Shown piece after piece: positions 30,306-38,628 of a stretch of DNA of 51,887 nt (its first letter is position 1; each line of letters begins with the position of its first letter). The notes under the pieces were generated by a model that saw only the letters and a program-made list of their open reading frames with translations, was not told the DNA's origin and ran no database searches. The stretch is from an uncultured Dehalococcoidia bacterium. Lineage in GTDB: Bacteria; Chloroflexota; Dehalococcoidia; SZUA-161; SpSt-899. The stretch is from assembly GCA_964634125.1 (NCBI GenBank), contig CAZWIP010000003.1, positions 1 through 51,887 of the forward strand, in the 5' to 3' direction. The position numbers and the translations under genes are program-made.

Positions 30306-30815
30306 CTATCCCTTCCCTGTCGATTCCAATTCAAGCAATCTCTTTTTCAGCTCCAACCCACCGCTGTAACCACCGAGTGACCCGTTGCTTCCTACTATGC
30401 GATGACACGGTACTATAATAGGCAATGGATTTCTTGCCATGGCCTGTCCTACCGCTCGTACACTGCCAGGTTTTCCCAACTTGCTTGCGATCCATCCGTA
30501 TGTACGTGTTTCCCCGTATGGTATGGAAGAAGTTAATCTCCAGACATCCTTTTGGAAACGTGTGGCATTTCGCAAATCTAAGTCATCGGGAAAATCAATT
30601 TTTTCACCTTCAAAAAAAAGACCCAGTCGAAAGACCAATTCACGAAATATCCCTGTGTTTACAGTAGCATGTGGAAGCAAATCGGATATAAGAACCAATG
30701 CTTTGTCGGCTGCTGGTTGGGGGAGGGTAAGTCTACAGAGTCCCTTTTCAGAAGCGACAATCGCCATCCATCCGAATTCAGTATCAAATACAGTATATGA
30801 GTATGACAACGACAA
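30306..30815 (-). CDS. ogt: Methylated-DNA--protein-cysteine methyltransferase
   Basis: IPYGETRTY, RAVG, NPLPIIVPCHRIV. Confidence 0.95.
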   Translation of the reverse strand: MSLSYSYTVFDTEFGWMAIVASEKGLCRLTLPQPAADKALVLISDLLPHATVNTGIFRELVFRLGLFFEGEKIDFPDDLDLRNATRFQKDVWRLTSSIPYGETRTYGWIASKLGKPGSVRAVGQAMARNPLPIIVPCHRIVGSNGSLGGYSGGLELKKRLLELESTGKG

Positions 30816-30824
30816 CTCCTTAAA

Positions 30825-32030
30825 TTATTCAGTTAATTCCCTACGCTGCACCCGCGCTTGAGTAGTCACTGGCAAACCCCAGATGTGAATGAATCCCAGC
30901 GCTGCGCTCTGATCGTACACATCGCCTTCATCATAGGTAGCCAAACTCAAATCATATAATGAATAGGACGATTTCCGCCCTGCCACAACTGCGCTCCCTT
31001 TATGCAACCTTACTCTCACCATACCAGTGACGAATCGCTGTGAGCTTTTCACATAGGCATCCAGATCGTATCGCAAGGCGCCGAACCACAATCCGTCATA
31101 GATAAGATTGGAGTATGTCTGTGTTACGATCTCCTTGAATCGCTGTTGATCCCTGGAAAGCACCAGTGATTCAAGTGCCCGATGCGCTTTCAGCAATACC
31201 GTAGCCGCCGGAGCTTCATATATCTCGCGCGATTTTATTCCTACAAGTCGATTCTCCAGATTATCTATTCTCCCTACTCCATGTTCTCCAGCCAATTCCG
31301 CTATTCGATCTATCAGAGAAACACCATCCATCTTCTCGCCATCGAGGCTAACAGGCATACCTTTTTCAAATTCAATTTCTACGTATCTAGGCTCATCCGG
31401 GGCATTTTGAACAGATTTCGTGTATCCGTAGATATCTTGCGGAGGCTCAGTCCAGGGATTCTCCAACACGCCACATTCAATACTCCGACCCCAAAGATTT
31501 TCGTCAACCGAGTACGGGCTCTCAGAAGTTACCGGTATCGGGATTCCATGCTTTTTAGCATAAGCGATTTCTTCTTCGCGCGTCATTCCCCACTCACGAG
31601 CCGGAGCAATAATCTTTAGCTTTGGATCAAGGGCATTGATGCTAACATCGAACCGCACTTGATCATTCCCTTTTCCAGTACAACCGTGGGCAACAGCCGT
31701 AGCTCCTTCTTGATGGGCTGTATCGACTAGCAGTTTCGCAATCAGGGGCCGAGCCAGAGCAGTTGCTAAAGGATATTCGCCTTCGTATAAAGCGTTAGCT
31801 TGTAGCGCAGGAAATACGAATTCTTTGGCGAAGGTTTCTCGCGCATCGATAACTAACGACTTGACAGCACCTACGTCCAATCCTCTTTTTTGGATGGAAG
31901 GATAATCTTTTTCCATCCCGATATCAATTGCCAGCGCAATTACTTCGCAATCGTACGTTTCAGCAATCCATTTGATAGCCACCGACGTATCCAATCCACC
32001 ACTGTACGCCAATACCACTTTTTCTGCCAC
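30825..32030 (-). CDS. argG: Argininosuccinate synthase
   Basis: LAYSGGLDTS, HGCTGKGNDQVRF, ENRLVGIKSREIYEAPA; GTG start at 32030 preferred. Confidence 0.98.
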   Translation of the reverse strand: MAEKVVLAYSGGLDTSVAIKWIAETYDCEVIALAIDIGMEKDYPSIQKRGLDVGAVKSLVIDARETFAKEFVFPALQANALYEGEYPLATALARPLIAKLLVDTAHQEGATAVAHGCTGKGNDQVRFDVSINALDPKLKIIAPAREWGMTREEEIAYAKKHGIPIPVTSESPYSVDENLWGRSIECGVLENPWTEPPQDIYGYTKSVQNAPDEPRYVEIEFEKGMPVSLDGEKMDGVSLIDRIAELAGEHGVGRIDNLENRLVGIKSREIYEAPAATVLLKAHRALESLVLSRDQQRFKEIVTQTYSNLIYDGLWFGALRYDLDAYVKSSQRFVTGMVRVRLHKGSAVVAGRKSSYSLYDLSLATYDEGDVYDQSAALGFIHIWGLPVTTQARVQRRELTE

Positions 32031-32095
32031 GATCAACCCCCTGAAAAGAGTGCCAGAGTTAATTCTAGCATTCGCAAGTGACTACGGCAACACTC

Positions 32096-32125
32096 TTGAC
32101 ACTAGATACCACTCCCGAATATCAT
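32096..32125 (+). promoter_or_regulatory. Putative promoter for the four-helix-bundle and enoyl-CoA hydratase genes
   Basis: TTGACA, 18 nt, TATCAT. Confidence 0.5.
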
Positions 32126-32147
32126 GACTCTGGCACCCAAGAGATGG

Positions 32148-32168
32148 GGGTCAGTCGTCAGGGGTCAG
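32148..32168 (+). repeat. Left heptamer array (nnGTCAG)x3
   Basis: GGGTCAG TCGTCAG GGGTCAG. Confidence 0.8.
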
Positions 32169-32177
32169 AGTTATTGG

Positions 32178-32546
32178 ATGAACACCCAGAGCTATCGAGA
32201 CTTGGAGGTATGGCAAAAAGCAATGGATTTGGTGGTAGATTGCTATCAATCAACGAAAGGATTCCCGAAAAGCGAAGTCTATGGCCTGACCAGTCAATTG
32301 CAACGGGCAGCAGTATCAGTTCCAGCTAATATTGCCGAAGGACGAGCCCGACAACATACAAAAGAGTTTCTTCAACACATATCCATTGCTTACGGATCTC
32401 TTGCAGAGGTGGAAACCCTTGTTCAGATTGCTCAGCGCCTGGATTATCTCAATGTGAATCAAACGAAAAACATATTAGACAAAACAGCAGAGATAGGTCG
32501 GATGCTCAACGGTTTACGAAGATCATTGAGAAAGACTGACTTCTGA
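32178..32546 (+). CDS. Four-helix bundle protein (23S rRNA IVS protein / Avd-like, TIGR02436)
   Basis: SYRDLEVWQKAMDL, FPKSEVYGLTSQLQRAAVSVPANIAEG, IAYGSLAEVET; ATG at 32178. Confidence 0.95.
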   Translation: MNTQSYRDLEVWQKAMDLVVDCYQSTKGFPKSEVYGLTSQLQRAAVSVPANIAEGRARQHTKEFLQHISIAYGSLAEVETLVQIAQRLDYLNVNQTKNILDKTAEIGRMLNGLRRSLRKTDF

Positions 32547-32572
32547 GCCTGATCCCTGAAAGCTGAGAACTG
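32536..32572 (+). repeat. Right heptamer array (CTGAnnn)x5, inverted relative to the left array
   Basis: CTGACTT CTGAGC CTGATCC CTGAAAG CTGAGAA CTG. Confidence 0.8.
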
Positions 32573-32596
32573 TGCCGACGTAGGAGGAACGATGTT

Positions 32597-33409
32597 ATGA
32601 CATATGAAACAATCACAATTGATAAACGGGACGGAATCGCAATACTGACGCTTAATCGACCGGAAGTGATGAATGCCTGGAATCCGCTAATGGCAGAGGA
32701 AGCTTCTAACGCAATTGAGAGTATGGATAGTGATGATGATGTCCACGTATTGATAATTACCGGCGCTGGAAGAGCCTTTTCGTCGGGAGCTGATGTTAGC
32801 CGCCTCAAGGAGATGGCTGAGAACAAAGTTCCCCTTCTGGAAACGACTTTCGGACGAGTGTTGACCGGTGAAACAAGCCTGCTGACAGCAGTGGAAAATA
32901 TCCGGAAACTGAGCAAGCCGGTAATCGCTGCTATTCATGGGGTAGCTGCGGGTGCAGGTCTTTCGGTTGCGTTGGCGTGCGATATTCGGATATCGACAGA
33001 TGATGCACGTTTTTCTATGGCGTTTGTAAAGCGAGGCTTGATACCCGATCTCGGCGGAACGTATTTGCTACCGCGGCTGGTGGGTCCTGGCATCGCAGCC
33101 AAGCTCATGTTCACCGGCGACGTAATCGATGCCAAGGAAGCAGACAAGATTGGAATGGTGGATGAATTGGTTCCCCCTGACAAACTGATGTCCAGAACAG
33201 AGGAACTTGCTCAGAAAATCGCTCAGAATCCCCCGCTTGCTGTAAGAACGGCCAAGAAGGCTCTATACAAAGGGATGAACGAAACCGATCTGCGATCTCA
33301 AATGGACTACGAAATATTCATTCAGGGAACTCTGATGCGCACCGAGGATTTCCTGGAGGGAGTCAACTCCTTCTTTGAGAAACGCGAGCCCAAATTCAAG
33401 GGGAAATAG
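32597..33409 (+). CDS. Enoyl-CoA hydratase/isomerase family protein
   Basis: LNRPEVMNA, TGAGRAFSSGAD, KPVIAAIHGVAAGAG, GLIPD. Confidence 0.94.
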   Translation: MTYETITIDKRDGIAILTLNRPEVMNAWNPLMAEEASNAIESMDSDDDVHVLIITGAGRAFSSGADVSRLKEMAENKVPLLETTFGRVLTGETSLLTAVENIRKLSKPVIAAIHGVAAGAGLSVALACDIRISTDDARFSMAFVKRGLIPDLGGTYLLPRLVGPGIAAKLMFTGDVIDAKEADKIGMVDELVPPDKLMSRTEELAQKIAQNPPLAVRTAKKALYKGMNETDLRSQMDYEIFIQGTLMRTEDFLEGVNSFFEKREPKFKGK

Positions 33410-33437
33410 GCACCAGAGCAACACTGGCTGGTGGGTC

Positions 33438-35267
33438 TTAACGAGAAACTTTCTTCGTTGCCCGGCGGCGGTCAGCTTCCCTGAGGAATCGTTTGCGTAA
33501 GCGTATCGACTGAGGAGTCAGTTCCACCAATTCATCACTCTCAATATACTCCAGCGCCGCCTCCAGTTCCGGTCTCCATGCGGTCTTCAGTACAATGGCA
33601 GCGTCTTTGGCTGCGGCACGCACATTGGTGAGTTTTTTCTGCCGAATGATGTTCACTTCAAGATCCTTGTCCTTGCAATGTTCCCCGACGATCTGTCCTG
33701 CGTATACCGCATCCCCCGGTTCAACAAACGGGGTGCCCCGATCCGCAAGCTGGTCAAGAGCATATGTGGTTACATTGCCTGTACCAGCAGCAACGAGCAC
33801 ACCACTGGTTCTGCCGGGAATCTCTCCCCGAAAATCACCGTATTCGAAGAAACGGTGGTGCATGACCGCTTCTCCCTGAGTAGCAGTCAGTAGCTTTGAG
33901 CGCAAACCAATCAGTCCGCGGGCAGGCACTTTGAATTCGATATGAGTACGGGTATCTGAAGTCTCCATGTTGGCCATCTCGGCCCGCCGATTTCCGAGGA
34001 GTTGCATGACGGCTCCCGTGCTTTCGTTGGGCACATCAACCACTAGCAGCTCCAGCGGTTCCTGCAGCTTACCATCCTTTTCTCGATAAATGACTTCCGG
34101 CTTGCCCACAGTCAATTCGTAGCCCTCCCGGCGCATGTTCTCCAGCAGTATGCCCAGATGAAGAATTCCCCGGCCCGAGACAATGAATTCGTCGCCTCTC
34201 TCTTCCAGACGAAGAGCCACATTGGATTTCAATTCCTTTCGCAGCCGATCCAGTATCTGCCGACCGGTAACGTACTTGCCATCACGGCCACTGAATGGAC
34301 CATCGTTGATGCGAAACGTCATGTGGATAGTGGGCTCGTCCATGTCCACAGTTGACAACGGGATCGGGTGATCGATATCAGCGATGGTATCTCCAATATC
34401 GAACTTATCAAGACCCACTACTGCAAATAAATCCCCGACATCAATACGGTCCACTTCCTTGCGGCTTAAGCCCTCAAATCGAAAAAGTTGGCTGATTCTC
34501 TGCTTGGAATGGTTACCTTCACGATCGATAACGATGATATCTTTTCCGGAATTCAACGTCCCGGCGAACACACGCCCAATGCCGATTCGCCCAACGTAAT
34601 CGTTATAATCCAGTGTAGTTATCAGTGCCTGTAGTGGCGCATCAGCATCAAGCTGCGGAGCAGGGATATATTCGATGATCGCATCGAACACATCATGGAT
34701 ATCTGAAGAATTCTGCTCATCCGGATTAGCTGCCGCCCACCCATCACGCGCGGATGTGTAGATGGTGGGGAAATCAAGGGTATGGTCATCAGCCCCCAGG
34801 TCCACCAGTAAATCAAAAACCTCGTTGAGCACATCGTTTGGTTGGGCATCCGGACGATCCATCTTGTTGATCACCACCACCGGTCTCAGGCCCATCGAGA
34901 GCGCCTTGGAGAGAACATAACGTGTCTGCGGCATGACGCCTTCAAAGGCATCGACCAGCAGCAGAACGCCATCAGCCATCCTGAGTACTCGCTCGACCTC
35001 ACCGCTAAAATCGGCGTGGCCCGGAGTATCAATGATGTTTATGTGCAGTTCCCGTCCTTTGCGATCGGTATAGTCGATAGCACAGTTTTTGGCCAGAATT
35101 GTGATCCCACGCTCACGTTCGAGGGGGTTGGAGTCAAGGATCAGGTCACCAGCAAGTTCGCCCTGGCGGAACTGGCCACTCTGGCGCAAAAGCTGATCGA
35201 CCAGCGTAGTCTTGCCATGATCAACGTGCGCTATGATGGCTACATTGCGGATGTTCTCACTGCTCAT
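33438..35267 (-). CDS. typA: Translational GTPase TypA/BipA
   Basis: [37 protein letters not shown]; alternative start 35303 overlaps the deaD stop. Confidence 0.97.
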   Translation of the reverse strand: MSSENIRNVAIIAHVDHGKTTLVDQLLRQSGQFRQGELAGDLILDSNPLERERGITILAKNCAIDYTDRKGRELHINIIDTPGHADFSGEVERVLRMADGVLLLVDAFEGVMPQTRYVLSKALSMGLRPVVVINKMDRPDAQPNDVLNEVFDLLVDLGADDHTLDFPTIYTSARDGWAAANPDEQNSSDIHDVFDAIIEYIPAPQLDADAPLQALITTLDYNDYVGRIGIGRVFAGTLNSGKDIIVIDREGNHSKQRISQLFRFEGLSRKEVDRIDVGDLFAVVGLDKFDIGDTIADIDHPIPLSTVDMDEPTIHMTFRINDGPFSGRDGKYVTGRQILDRLRKELKSNVALRLEERGDEFIVSGRGILHLGILLENMRREGYELTVGKPEVIYREKDGKLQEPLELLVVDVPNESTGAVMQLLGNRRAEMANMETSDTRTHIEFKVPARGLIGLRSKLLTATQGEAVMHHRFFEYGDFRGEIPGRTSGVLVAAGTGNVTTYALDQLADRGTPFVEPGDAVYAGQIVGEHCKDKDLEVNIIRQKKLTNVRAAAKDAAIVLKTAWRPELEAALEYIESDELVELTPQSIRLRKRFLREADRRRATKKVSR

Positions 35268-35299
35268 GGATTTCTCACATAACATACGGAGCTCGCTGT

Positions 35300-36937
35300 T
35301 CATGCAAGCTCCAAAGTAACGGCGTTCTTCCGAATTCGATATTTACCGGCCTTGGCCAGTGTCTGGGGCACATACTGCTGCGGCACATCAACCAGGGTGT
35401 ATCTATCGAGGATACTTATCTCGCCAATGGTATGCCCGGGAATGTCTGCATGATAGGCTATCGTGCCCACAACATCAGCAGGACGAACGCCATGCGCCTT
35501 GCCTGCACTGAGAGTCAGCCGTACCATCCCCTTCTCATGAGAATCGTTCGTACTATTATGGCCATTTCCATTTCTATCCCGTTTAACCTCGCGCTTGGCT
35601 TTCCGTGGACGCCCTTCCTGCACCTCGCCAACCGGTGCGATAGGACGCTGCTTCTCCTCCGCCCGGGACATTTTCAAAGCTACCGCAGCAATCTGAATCG
35701 GATCTTGCCCCGCTTCAGCCAGTTCGGTCACTATCTGCCGTTCTTTGTGGCATCGGCCCCGCTTCAGCCAGACCGTTAGTTGTTCCATTAATTGTGCTTC
35801 CCGGCGCTCTTCGATTTCTTCCACCGTAGGAATTTTTATCTGAGTGATCTTCTGTTTAGTGAATCCTTCGATCCGGCGCAAGCGCCACATTTCTTTGGTG
35901 GTAAGCAGCGAAATGGCAATGCCCGTTTTCCCGGCACGCCCCGTGCGCCCAACGCGATGCACATACATTTCCGGGTCCATCGGCAAATCATAGTTGAACA
36001 CATGTGAAATATCGTCAATATCCAACCCTCTGGCTGCTACATCGGTAGCCACCAGTACGGTGCTTTGATTAGACCGAAAGCGATTCAAAACCTGTTCTCG
36101 AGTCTGCTGGTTCAAGTCGCCATTTAAGGCTTCGGCGGGAAAGCCGCGTCCCATCAACTCATTCACCAAATCGCTGGTACCAACACGCGTACTTGCGAAA
36201 ATAAGCGCGCTGGTGATATCCTCAACCTCAAAGAATCGGGTGAGAACCGCCAGCTTGTCTTCTTTGTTGACCAGACAATATCGATGATCAACAGTATCCA
36301 CAGTGAGCTGTTTACTTTTGATGGTGACGGACTGTGGAGAATGCATGTATTTATCAGCTAAACTACGGATTTCCGCCGATATAGTGGCGGAAAAGAGAGC
36401 GGTCTGACGTTCAGATGGGATTTCACTTAGAATCTCTTTAATATCATCGATAAAACCCATGCTGAGCATTTCGTCTGCTTCATCGAGGACGACGGTGCTT
36501 ACACAAGTTAGATTGAGTTCTCTCTTCTCTATCAAGTCCAGCAAGCGCCCAGGTGTTCCCACCACGACATCCACACCCTGTCTGAGCCGGCTGATCTGCC
36601 TGCTATACGGCTGTCCGCCATATACTGCCAGCACGCGCACTTTCTGGCAACTGCCGTATTCAAGTGTCGCCTGTGCTACCTGGTTTGCCAGTTCACGGGT
36701 GGGAGCCAGCACAAGAGCCTGAACACAACGCTGGTCTCGTTCTAGAGTTTGAAGAATAGGTAATGCAAAAGCAGCCGTTTTACCGGTGCCTGTCTGGGCC
36801 TGGCCAATCACATCGTGGCCGTCCAGCATTAATGGGATTACTTCCGACTGAATGGGTGTTGGGGTGGTATAGCCAAGATCACTTACGGCCTGCACCAGCT
36901 GCGGATGCAGACCCAATTGGGTAAATTCGTCTGTCAT
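35300..36937 (-). CDS. deaD: DEAD-box RNA helicase (DeaD/CshA type, C-terminal DbpA RNA-binding domain)
   Basis: AQTGTGKT, PTRELA, TPGR, DEAD, SAT, ARGLD, HRVGRTGRAG. Confidence 0.93.
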   Translation of the reverse strand: MTDEFTQLGLHPQLVQAVSDLGYTTPTPIQSEVIPLMLDGHDVIGQAQTGTGKTAAFALPILQTLERDQRCVQALVLAPTRELANQVAQATLEYGSCQKVRVLAVYGGQPYSRQISRLRQGVDVVVGTPGRLLDLIEKRELNLTCVSTVVLDEADEMLSMGFIDDIKEILSEIPSERQTALFSATISAEIRSLADKYMHSPQSVTIKSKQLTVDTVDHRYCLVNKEDKLAVLTRFFEVEDITSALIFASTRVGTSDLVNELMGRGFPAEALNGDLNQQTREQVLNRFRSNQSTVLVATDVAARGLDIDDISHVFNYDLPMDPEMYVHRVGRTGRAGKTGIAISLLTTKEMWRLRRIEGFTKQKITQIKIPTVEEIEERREAQLMEQLTVWLKRGRCHKERQIVTELAEAGQDPIQIAAVALKMSRAEEKQRPIAPVGEVQEGRPRKAKREVKRDRNGNGHNSTNDSHEKGMVRLTLSAGKAHGVRPADVVGTIAYHADIPGHTIGEISILDRYTLVDVPQQYVPQTLAKAGKYRIRKNAVTLELA

Positions 36938-36975
36938 TAAACTCCTACTTGCGTCGTTAAAAGTCCACTGTATTA

Positions 36976-37139
36976 CCTGATCCTCGCGGACCAGGGTCCT
37001 CTGTTGCTTTCAACAGCGGACCCTTTTTTACAAGTAAGAGCCTGCTGTTACAACAAAAAAACCGCCCGTCCCTCGTAGAAAGGTCCGGCGGCATCTCTGC
37101 AGCGCATATCCTTGGTTTACGTGGCTATTAATCATTATA
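36976..37139 (-). promoter_or_regulatory. Structured 5' leader of deaD with promoter and internal terminator-like hairpin
   Basis: Extended -10 TGTTATAAT (37134-37142); CCGCC...GGCGG-T7 (37055-37091); hairpins at 36993-37024 and 36976-36995. Confidence 0.6.
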
Positions 37140-37202
37140 ACACAGATTGCCATGGGGAATTCAAATTGATAATTGGGGAGACTTATTTGGGATTCCAAGA
37201 AG

Positions 37203-38546
37203 CTAACTGAAAGCTGTCTTGATTGCCTCGGACAGCGTCCGAACTTTTAGTAAACTGATTCCATCAGGTACTGAAAAACCGGATGGGATCGAGGCAGGCA
37301 ACATACAGGTCTCAAATCCAAGCTTAGCTGCTTCCCCAATACGCCGGTCCAGTTGATAGACTGGTCTCAATTCGCCGCTTAAACCTACTTCCCCTACAGC
37401 AACCATCCCGGGATTGACTCGCTTTCCACGGAAGCTTGAAGCAACTGCCAATGCCAATCCCAGGTCAACTGCTGGCTCGTTGACCTTGATACCACCGGTA
37501 ACATTGGCAATGATGTCTTGATTGGCAAGTGAAATACCTCCCCGCCTCGATAGAACAGCCGCAACGAGTACCAGTCGATTAAAATCAATCCCATTGGCCG
37601 TGCGGCGTGGCGCACCAAAACTGGTTGGGTTGGTCAAAGCCTGGATTTCCACCAAAAGAGGTCTGGTTCCCTCGAGTGTAGGAACGATCACAGATCCAAT
37701 ACTGCCCTCGGTGCGTTGCGATAGAAGTGCTTGAGATGGGTCGGTTATTTCGAAAAGACCCCGGTCTCTCATCTCGAATATGCCTATTTCATTAGTCGAT
37801 CCGAACCGGTTCTTCACGCTGCGAAGGATCCTGTTGGCACTGAAACGCTCGCCTTCCAGATACAGGACAGCATCGACCATGTGCTCCAAAAGATGCGGCC
37901 CGGCAATTGCCCCTTCTTTTGTAACGTGTCCTACGATGAATACTGGTATGCCGTTTGATTTTGACCACAGCATAAGTCGCCAGGTACACTCACGAATCTG
38001 GCTTACACTACCCGCAGCCCCGGCACCTTCTAGATAGACAGTCTGAATTGAATCAATGATTACCAATCGTGGCATCAACTCTGTAGCACGATCCAGTATA
38101 GCGTCCATTCGTGTTTCCGGCAATGTGAAAAGGTCCTGTCCACTCAAGTCCAACCGATCTGCCCTCAATTTCAACTGAGAAATCGATTCCTCACCAGAGA
38201 CATAGAGTATCTTGCCTTCGTTCTCCGCAATAGAGGACGCCACTTGAAGCAATAGTGTAGATTTCCCAATTCCGGGATCGCCACCGATGAGAATAAGTGA
38301 GCCGGGGACAATTCCCCCACCCAACACTCGATTGAATTCGGAAAATTGCAAAACCATACGAGGGGTATCTTCTAGCGAGATACTACTCAATTCTTGCGGT
38401 GGAGATGAAGTTATATCGATACTGGCTACGCTGACTGCCTGCTCAGCATAGCTATTCCATTCTTCACATTGCGGACAGCGGCCCGCCCATTTCAGGCTCT
38501 CAGCCCCACAGTTCTGGCAAACAAATACGGTTCGCGATTTGGCCAT
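37203..38546 (-). CDS. radA: DNA repair protein RadA/Sms
   Basis: CQNCG..CPQC zinc finger, GGDPGIGKSTL, KNRFG, GEVGLSGE. Confidence 0.98.
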   Translation of the reverse strand: MAKSRTVFVCQNCGAESLKWAGRCPQCEEWNSYAEQAVSVASIDITSSPPQELSSISLEDTPRMVLQFSEFNRVLGGGIVPGSLILIGGDPGIGKSTLLLQVASSIAENEGKILYVSGEESISQLKLRADRLDLSGQDLFTLPETRMDAILDRATELMPRLVIIDSIQTVYLEGAGAAGSVSQIRECTWRLMLWSKSNGIPVFIVGHVTKEGAIAGPHLLEHMVDAVLYLEGERFSANRILRSVKNRFGSTNEIGIFEMRDRGLFEITDPSQALLSQRTEGSIGSVIVPTLEGTRPLLVEIQALTNPTSFGAPRRTANGIDFNRLVLVAAVLSRRGGISLANQDIIANVTGGIKVNEPAVDLGLALAVASSFRGKRVNPGMVAVGEVGLSGELRPVYQLDRRIGEAAKLGFETCMLPASIPSGFSVPDGISLLKVRTLSEAIKTAFS

Positions 38547-38570
38547 TTACCTAATTATACGAGCGGGATA

Positions 38571-38607
38571 TAAAAAAGGGAAGCCTCATCTGGCTCCCCC
38601 TTTTTTA
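38571..38607 (-). terminator. Intrinsic terminator after clpC
   Basis: AAAAAAGGGAAGCC-TCATCT-GGCTCCCCCTTTTTT, with a T-tract on both strands. Confidence 0.8.
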
Positions 38608-38628
38608 TCATTTCGGATATCTTTCGAC

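Noticed and set aside
32048-32073. CIRCE-like inverted repeat GAGTGCCAGA..TCTAGCATTC upstream of argG
   Set aside because: Arms are in the opposite order, the spacing is wrong, and no chaperone gene is adjacent
32178-32546. Diversity-generating retroelement or 23S rRNA intervening sequence
   Set aside because: No reverse transcriptase, TR/VR pair or rRNA sequence is seen in the window
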